NCBI GenBank assembly: GCA_035499395.1 | Contig: DATJYY010000158.1 | Location: 4,222-68,221 of the forward strand | Direction of reading: 5' to 3' | Source: Solirubrobacteraceae bacterium | GTDB lineage: Bacteria > Actinomycetota > Thermoleophilia > Solirubrobacterales > Solirubrobacteraceae | Length of the DNA stretch: 64,000 bases | Shown here: piece by piece, positions 58,187-64,000 of the stretch | Numbering within the stretch: position 1 is the first letter of the stretch | How the letters are laid out: each line of letters begins with the position of its first letter | Notes under the pieces: model-generated | The model's database searches: none | Seen by the model: the letters and a program-made list of their open reading frames with translations, nothing else | What the model was told of the DNA's origin: nothing | Program-made: the position numbers and the translations under genes

Positions 58187-59067
58187 GGTGCGCTCCCCGC
58201 CTGTAGCCGTCGCCGAAGTGAGTGCAAGGCCGCGAGCGCCACCTCCCGCATCCGCTCCGGTATCGGGTGGCTGCTGTAGCGAGCCTCCTCGAACAGGCCG
58301 GTGAGCGTCCTTGCCTCGTGCCCATCAGCCTGGCTCGCCACGAGCACCCGCCACAGGTACTCGCGCGGTGCTTCTGTCGGCCGGCGGGCGACGCCGCGTT
58401 CGCCGAGCGTCCGTTCCATCGCGCCGTACGCAGCGATCACGGCGCGGCGTGGATCGGCCTCGGCGTCGAGTACGCCGATCGCGGCGTCCACCGCGACGCT
58501 GGTCGCGCTCGGTTCCCCCGACGCGACCGCTCCACGCCACCGTGTCAGCCACACCACGGCGACACCCGCGGTTACTGCGACGGCGACAATCCCGAGCACA
58601 GTCCACGGAAGCCAGGACGGGACCACAAACCCCGTTTTGCCCGTGCGGCCCGAGAGCGGTCCGGCCCCGCCGGCCCCGAGAGCGCCTCCAAAGCCCTGTG
58701 CGTTCCGTCCTTGCTTGGAGCCGCTCACAGCCGCCGCGACCAGTGCGGCGCCGAGCCCGACTATCAAGAGGACCGCCAGAAGCTTCCAGATCCAGTGCAC
58801 CTGGGGCGGCGATGGCTCGTGCTCGGGGACATCATCATCCTTGCGGCGGCGTCCCGACCAGGCGAGCAGCATCAGCGTGCCGAGCAGCACGATGCCCACG
58901 CCGGCGATCAGCGTGAAGACCGCGATCGTCGGAGCTTGGAGAGACCTGGCGTCCAGCGGGGTCGGGCGCGAGAGCGGCGCCCGAGCGGCGACCGCCACGA
59001 TGACAGCGAGGGCCCCCAGCGCAAGCGCCGCGATCGCTGCCCTTACCCTATTGCTCGCTCTGTGCAT
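58183..59067 (-). CDS. DUF4129-domain membrane protein
   Basis: Four TMs, then DPRRAVIAAYGAME..L...G..R.PTEAPREY...LTGLFEEARYSSH. ATG 59067 follows GGGAG; the ORF-track 5' extension is riboswitch sequence. Confidence 0.85.
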   Translation of the reverse strand: MHRASNRVRAAIAALALGALAVIVAVAARAPLSRPTPLDARSLQAPTIAVFTLIAGVGIVLLGTLMLLAWSGRRRKDDDVPEHEPSPPQVHWIWKLLAVLLIVGLGAALVAAAVSGSKQGRNAQGFGGALGAGGAGPLSGRTGKTGFVVPSWLPWTVLGIVAVAVTAGVAVVWLTRWRGAVASGEPSATSVAVDAAIGVLDAEADPRRAVIAAYGAMERTLGERGVARRPTEAPREYLWRVLVASQADGHEARTLTGLFEEARYSSHPIPERMREVALAALHSLRRRLQAGSAP

Positions 59068-59076
59068 TCGGGCTCC

Positions 59077-59126
59077 CGTAGAGGCCATCAGCGGCCCCGC
59101 CGCGGTCCGAGCGAGCCTCATCGCTC
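59077..59126 (-). ncRNA. Fluoride (crcB) riboswitch 4
   Basis: Minus strand GAGCGATGAGGCTCGCTC-GGACC-GCGGC.GGG.GCCGC-TGATGGCCTCTAC; GATACT upstream. Confidence 0.85.
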
Positions 59127-59181
59127 TGGGGCGGAGTATCCCACTCCGAGTCGGAGGATGAGGTGGTCGGTATGATGAGAA

Positions 59182-59229
59182 CAGGCGATGAGGCCCGCCT
59201 GAACCGCCATTGCGGCTGATGGCTTCTAC
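59182..59229 (+). ncRNA. Fluoride (crcB) riboswitch 5
   Basis: CAGGCGATGAGGCCCGCCTG-AACC-GCC.ATTGC.GGC-TGATGGCTTCTAC, the closest to consensus. TATGAT at 59171-76. Heads the operon containing the Fluc genes. Confidence 0.92.
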
Positions 59230-59254
59230 CGACGGTTGACACCGGTGGAAGCAC

Positions 59255-60811
59255 ATGACCTCTGATTACCGCGGCTCAGCTCACTCGTTTGGCAGCATCC
59301 TGTTCGACGCCGACCCGGCTGCGGGCGAGACCACCGGGGAGCCAGAGTTCTTTCGGGACCTGAACCTCGATCAGATCCTCGCGTCGCTGGGCGCGGAACG
59401 CGAGGAGTATCGGCTCGCGCCGTTCTTCTATCGCCCGCTGCACGATGTCGAGGTCGTCCACTACCGGCATCATGTGCTCGGCGATCTGAGACGGGAGCCC
59501 TTGCTCGGAGCCGTTCGCGCGTTCGCCGACCGTATGCGCCGGATGCGTTCACACGTGGCGCTGATGAAAAAGCTCCATTACGCCCGTCAGAAGCAGCGGT
59601 GGTTCCTGGAGGCAGTCTCCACGTACTGTCGGGCTGTCGCCGATTTCCGCGCGCAGCTCGCTCACCTCGAGCTTCGCTCACGCGGCTTCGTGGGCTTGCG
59701 CGACTACGTGACCGAATATGGCGAGTCGGACAAATTCGGCGTGCTCGTCGCCGACACTCGCGCGGCGGAGCAGGCTCTTGCCGCTGTGCACTATGCGGTC
59801 CACATCAGAGGTAGCCGCGTGCGCGTGAGCCGCTACGAAGCGGAGGAGGACATGAGTGAGGAGATCGAGCAGGCGTTCGCGAAGTTCAAGCAGTCGCCGG
59901 TTAAGGACTACCGGGTCAGGCTCTCAGAGTGGGCCGACATGAATCATGTCGAGGCGCAGATTCTCGATCTCGTGGCGAAGCTTCATCCCGAGACCTTCTC
60001 GCAACTCGAGCAGTTCTGCACTCGCCATCAGCACTATCTGGACAAGACGATTGGCAGGTTCGACCGCGAAGTCCAGTTCTATCTCGCGTACCTGGAATAC
60101 ATCGCCCCACTCGAGGCGAGTGGCCTGACTTTCTCGTACCCGCGCGTGTCAGCGCGATCGAAGGATGTCCGGGCGGCCGGCGCGTTCGATCTGGCTCTGG
60201 CCACGAAGCTCGTGGGGGACGGCTCGTCGGTCGTTTGCAACGACTTCCACCTCACCGATCCCGAACGGATCCTCGTCGTGAGTGGGCCAAACAACGGCGG
60301 CAAGACGACGTTTGCGCGGATGTTCGGGCAGTTGCACTATCTCGCGAGCCTAGGCCTGCCCGTTCCAGGCAACGATGTCCGGCTCTTCTTGTCCGACAGG
60401 ATCTTCACCCACTTCGAGCGTGAGGAGGAGATCGAGACGCTGCGAGGGAAGTTCGAGGACGAACTCGTGCGCATCCACGACATCCTCGAGCGAGCGACGA
60501 GCGACAGCCTGCTGATCATGAACGAGAGCTTCGGCTCGACCACGCTGCGCGACGCGCTGCTCGTCGGTACCGCGGTCGTCGGGCGGATAGGCGACCTGGA
60601 TGCGCTGTGCGTGTTCGTGACGTTTGTGGACGAGCTGGCGTCGCTCAGCGAGCGCACGGTGAGCATGATGAGCACGGTGGTGCCCGAGGATCCCGCGGTT
60701 CGCACCTACCGGGTCGTGCGAAAGCCGGCCGACGGCCTGGCCTACGCGGCCGCGATCGCCGACAAGTACCAGCTCACCTACGCCGCGCTGAGGAAGCGGA
60801 TAGCCCGATGA
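59255..60811 (+). CDS. MutS-related ATPase (domain V only, no mismatch-binding domain)
   Basis: FFRDLNLDQI, SGPNNGGKTT, FTHFEREE, GKFEDEL, MNESFGST, FVTF. Confidence 0.88.
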   Translation: MTSDYRGSAHSFGSILFDADPAAGETTGEPEFFRDLNLDQILASLGAEREEYRLAPFFYRPLHDVEVVHYRHHVLGDLRREPLLGAVRAFADRMRRMRSHVALMKKLHYARQKQRWFLEAVSTYCRAVADFRAQLAHLELRSRGFVGLRDYVTEYGESDKFGVLVADTRAAEQALAAVHYAVHIRGSRVRVSRYEAEEDMSEEIEQAFAKFKQSPVKDYRVRLSEWADMNHVEAQILDLVAKLHPETFSQLEQFCTRHQHYLDKTIGRFDREVQFYLAYLEYIAPLEASGLTFSYPRVSARSKDVRAAGAFDLALATKLVGDGSSVVCNDFHLTDPERILVVSGPNNGGKTTFARMFGQLHYLASLGLPVPGNDVRLFLSDRIFTHFEREEEIETLRGKFEDELVRIHDILERATSDSLLIMNESFGSTTLRDALLVGTAVVGRIGDLDALCVFVTFVDELASLSERTVSMMSTVVPEDPAVRTYRVVRKPADGLAYAAAIADKYQLTYAALRKRIAR

Positions 60812-62313
60812 AAGCCTTTCTGATGCACCCGGACCGCGACTTCGATGTCGAGCGCCGGCCACCCCCAAATGCGCACGAGCTGATCCAGGATCTCGAGCTG
60901 GAAACGCTCCTCTCGACGATGGCCGCGGGCGACAGGTTCATGTTCGAGGTCTCAAGACAGGCCTTGCTTCTGAGCCTGACTGCGCCGGAGGAGATCAGCT
61001 ACCGCCAGCAGGTCGTGATCGATTGCCTCGAGCAGCCGGCCGTGGTGCGAGACCTGTACGCGCTGGCTGGCGAAGCGCTGGCGGCCCAAAAGGCAGTGTG
61101 GTGGGCGCTCCGCAACGACTCGCCACGGCGGACCCTGGCGACCTCGGTTCAGAAGATGGAGCTGTTCATCGGCTACCTCCGGCGACTGCACGCGATGTCT
61201 GATGAGCACGGGGCGAAGTTCAAATCGCCCGGATTCACTCGGTTGTTCGCGGTGCTCCGCGAGGAGCTCGACGACGCCTACTTGGAGCTAGTCGAGCAAC
61301 AACTCAAGGCCCTCAAGTTCCAGGGCGGGATGCAGATCAGCGCGCGGCTGACAGCGGGCAACAAAGGCAGGGAGTACACGCTGCGACGGTCGCGAGAACA
61401 AGGGTTCCTCGGGCGGATGTTCGATCGCTCGGGCTACAGCTTCACGATCCCCGACCGCGACGTGAGCGGCTTCAACGCACTCGGCGCGCTGGAGGACAAG
61501 GGCACGAATCTGGTTGCCAACGCGCTCGCACAATCGGTCGATCACGTCGAGGGCTTCTTCGTGATGCTGCGGACCGAGTTGGCGTTCTACGTGGCGTGCC
61601 TGAACCTCTCCGAGCGGCTCGTCGCGCTAGGAGGACCGACGACGCTTCCGATTCCGGTCGCTCGGGGCGAGCTCGTGCTCTCGGCCCGAGGTTTGTACGA
61701 CGTGTGCCTCGCGCTGACTACCGGCGAACACGTCGTCGGCAACGACGTCGACGCCGACGGCAAGTCGCTTGTCATGATCACGGGCGCTAACCAGGGCGGG
61801 AAGTCGACGTTCCTACGCAGCGTGGGGTTGGCGCAATTGATGACTCAATGCGGAATGTTCGTCGGTGCGGACTCGCTGCGAGTGAACGTCTCCGACGGGA
61901 TGTACACGCATTACAAGCGTGAAGAGGATGGGACGATGGAGAGCGGAAAGCTCGACGAGGAGCTTGGTCGCATGAGCTCGATCGCGGACCACGTGACCGC
62001 TGGCTGCATGCTCTTGTGCAACGAATCGTTCGCGTCGACCAACGAGCGCGAGGGGTCACAGATCGCACGCCAGGTGGTCAGCGCACTCCTGGATGAGGGC
62101 GTCAAGGTGGTGTTCGTCACACACATGTTCGATCTGGCCGACGGCTTCCACCGACAGCAGCTCGACACGGCGCTGTTCCTGCGCGCCGAACGGCGCCCCG
62201 ACGGTGAGCGGTCGTTCAAGATCTCGCCGGGCCCGCCGTTGCCGACGAGCTACGGCGAGGACTCTTACCGCAAGATCTTCGGGACGAGCGTCGAGGCGGC
62301 TCAGGCCAATTAG
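60808..62313 (+). CDS. Second MutS-related ATPase
   Basis: LIQDLEL, TGANQGGKSTFLRS, THYKREED..SGKLDEEL, CNESFASTNEREG, VTH. Confidence 0.88.
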   Translation: MKAFLMHPDRDFDVERRPPPNAHELIQDLELETLLSTMAAGDRFMFEVSRQALLLSLTAPEEISYRQQVVIDCLEQPAVVRDLYALAGEALAAQKAVWWALRNDSPRRTLATSVQKMELFIGYLRRLHAMSDEHGAKFKSPGFTRLFAVLREELDDAYLELVEQQLKALKFQGGMQISARLTAGNKGREYTLRRSREQGFLGRMFDRSGYSFTIPDRDVSGFNALGALEDKGTNLVANALAQSVDHVEGFFVMLRTELAFYVACLNLSERLVALGGPTTLPIPVARGELVLSARGLYDVCLALTTGEHVVGNDVDADGKSLVMITGANQGGKSTFLRSVGLAQLMTQCGMFVGADSLRVNVSDGMYTHYKREEDGTMESGKLDEELGRMSSIADHVTAGCMLLCNESFASTNEREGSQIARQVVSALLDEGVKVVFVTHMFDLADGFHRQQLDTALFLRAERRPDGERSFKISPGPPLPTSYGEDSYRKIFGTSVEAAQAN

Positions 62314-62324
62314 CATCCGGACCC

Positions 62325-62723
62325 GTGCCGGGTCGGGACAGACGCGAGTTGGCGGCCATCTTCGCGGGTGGAGTCGTCGGGGCGCTGCTGCGGGTGGCGC
62401 TGGCGCAGACGCACGCCGGCGTCGCTCCGGGCTGGCCGTGGGTGACATTCGCCGAGAACATCCTCGGCACGTTCCTGCTCGGCTATTTCGCGACGCGCCT
62501 GCAGGAGCGCCTGCCCCTGTCGGCGTATCGCCGCCCGTTGCTCGGAACCGGGTTCTGCGGCGCATTCACCACGTTCTCGACGATGCAGGTTGAGCTGCTG
62601 ACGATGCTCGATGCCCATCGATACGGGCTCGCGATCGCGTACGCGGCATCGAGCGTGATCGTCGGATACGGGAGCGTGCACCTCGCCACTTTGTACGTCC
62701 GCCGGGTGAGGACGATCGCGTGA
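62325..62723 (+). CDS. crcB: Fluoride channel Fluc/CrcB, subunit 1
   Basis: GGVVGALLR, PWVTFAENILG, TGFCGAFTTFS. Confidence 0.92.
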   Translation: MPGRDRRELAAIFAGGVVGALLRVALAQTHAGVAPGWPWVTFAENILGTFLLGYFATRLQERLPLSAYRRPLLGTGFCGAFTTFSTMQVELLTMLDAHRYGLAIAYAASSVIVGYGSVHLATLYVRRVRTIA

Positions 62724-63085
62724 GCCTGCCCGTATGGATCGCGGTCGGCGTTCTCGGCGGGATCGGCGCACTCGGCCGCTTCTTCGTCGACGGCATCGTC
62801 GCCGCTCGCGCCGGACGCGACTTCCCGCTCGGCACCCTGGTAGTCAACGTGAGCGGCGCGACGCTGCTGGGGCTGCTGGTCGGACTCGGATTCACCGGCA
62901 ACCGTCTCCTGCTCGCCGGCACGGCGACGCTCGGGTCGTACACGACGTTCTCGACCTGGATGCTCGAGACCCAGCGCCTCGTCGAGGATGGGGAACTAGC
63001 GCTTGCCGGGGCCAACGTCCTGGTGAGCCTCGTGGTCGGCGTTGGCGCGGCGGCGCTCGGCCGGTACGTCGGAGCTCGCGTGTGA
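62720..63085 (+). CDS. crcB: Fluoride channel Fluc/CrcB, subunit 2
   Basis: GGIGALGRF, FPLGTLVVNVSG, LGSYTTFSTW; GTGA overlaps. Confidence 0.92.
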   Translation: MSLPVWIAVGVLGGIGALGRFFVDGIVAARAGRDFPLGTLVVNVSGATLLGLLVGLGFTGNRLLLAGTATLGSYTTFSTWMLETQRLVEDGELALAGANVLVSLVVGVGAAALGRYVGARV

Positions 63086-64000
63086 ACAACGACTGCCTGA
63101 AGCTCACCACGTACTTTGGCGAGCGCCATCGAACCGAGGGGCAGTTCGTCGCCGATGCGCTGCTCGACCTGTACGGGCGCAAGGAGGTCGAGGTAAGCGT
63201 GATGCTGCGCGGCGCCGAGGGCTTTGGCCTCAAGCACCGGCTTCGCACCGACCGCATACTGACCCTTTCGGAGGACCTCCCGCTCGTGTCGGTGGCCGTC
63301 GACACGCGCGCGCGAATCGAGGGTCTGCTCGACGAGGTGATCGCGACCAAGCGCCACGGCCTGATCACACTGGAGCGAGCGAGGATGCTGACTGGCGAGG
63401 TGGGTACCGTCGCGTTGCCCGAGGAACTGCACGAAGCCACGAAGCTGACGATCTACGTCGGGCGCCAGGAGCAGATTTCGGGCGCTCCGGCGTTCGTCGC
63501 CGTGTGCGACCTGCTGTATCGACGGGGGATCGCCGGCGCCACGGTGCTGCTCGGCGTGGACGGGACCGCGCACGGCGTGCGCGAGCGGGCGCGCTTCTTC
63601 GGGCGCAACGCGGAAGTGCCGATGATGATCATCGCGGTCGGCGCCGGCGAGCAGATCGCGGGGGTGCTGCCGGGGCTCGGCGACCTGCTGGCACGGCCGC
63701 TGCTCACGCTGGAGCGAGTGCGCGTCTGTAAGCGCGACGGCCGGCCGCTGGCCTCACCGAGGTCGCTACCGGCGACCGACGAGCAGGGGCTGGCTATGTG
63801 GCAGAAGCTGATGGTGTACGCCTCCGAACAGGCCCGCCACGGCCGCAGCCCTCTGCACGTTGCGCTGGTCCGCCGTCTGCGCGAGAGCGGCGCGAGTGGC
63901 GCGACCTGCCTGCGAGGAGTGTGGGGCTTTCACGGCGACCACGCGCCACACGGCGATCGCCTGCTCCAGCTTCGCCGCCACGTCCCGGTGGTGACGATCA
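63082..64000 (+). CDS. Triple DUF190 (PII-like) protein, cut by the window end
   Basis: Open frame absent from the ORF track because it has no stop: KLTTYFGE..LRGAEGFG..LSEDLP; KLTIYVG..GIAGATVLLGVDG; KLMVYASE..GASGATCLRGVWGF. Confidence 0.85.
   Translation, partial: MNNDCLKLTTYFGERHRTEGQFVADALLDLYGRKEVEVSVMLRGAEGFGLKHRLRTDRILTLSEDLPLVSVAVDTRARIEGLLDEVIATKRHGLITLERARMLTGEVGTVALPEELHEATKLTIYVGRQEQISGAPAFVAVCDLLYRRGIAGATVLLGVDGTAHGVRERARFFGRNAEVPMMIIAVGAGEQIAGVLPGLGDLLARPLLTLERVRVCKRDGRPLASPRSLPATDEQGLAMWQKLMVYASEQARHGRSPLHVALVRRLRESGASGATCLRGVWGFHGDHAPHGDRLLQLRRHVPVVTI

Noticed and set aside
59255-62313. Canonical mismatch-repair mutS
   Set aside because: Too short, lacks the N-terminal mismatch-binding domain, no mutL
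50739-64000. Mobile element carrying the fluoride island
   Set aside because: Third-position GC looks somewhat lower by eye, but no integrase, transposase, tRNA or att repeat is visible, so mobility is unsupported

Overview
High-GC (about 70% by eye), gene-dense bacterial DNA. Gene content and many apparently leaderless genes suggest an actinobacterium, possibly Solirubrobacterales-like (inference). Bases 1-50.7k hold mostly accessory metabolism and regulation: a DpgC-like oxygenase with a PaaK-like ligase, AraC and acetoacetate-CoA ligase; a two-component system; an ECF sigma/anti-sigma pair; transporters; an ATP-grasp/polyamine cluster; FtsH, Dps and a Mo-oxidoreductase; a MoaD-amidase-GGT trio; and exported beta-propeller proteins. 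The main result is at 50.9-64 kb, where FIVE fluoride (crcB-class) riboswitches can be read directly from the sequence. Each has a -10-like hexamer upstream, and at least three have a visible RBS- or start-codon-sequestering hairpin. They head five units: (1) CxxC/CxxH-repeat (DUF6062-like) protein - MoxR AAA+ ATPase - DUF6062-like protein; (2) a decayed hydrogenase-4 (HyfB-like) remnant; (3) a 25-aa ORF plus a zinc-ribbon/HEAT protein; (4) DUF4129 - hypothetical - DUF58 - membrane protein; (5) two MutS-like ATPases - two Fluc/CrcB channels - triple DUF190. A MoxR chaperone system split over two fluoride-switched operons, with putative Zn-binding partners, is the best candidate for an undescribed system. 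Also seen: a GGAAG-N17-(A/C)GTC ECF promoter motif at four or five loci, two leaderless genes with non-canonical starts (CTG, ATC), and a microhomology-deleted UBP zinc-finger gene. All family calls come from motif recognition; no database searches were run. No rRNA, tRNA, CRISPR array or transposase was seen.
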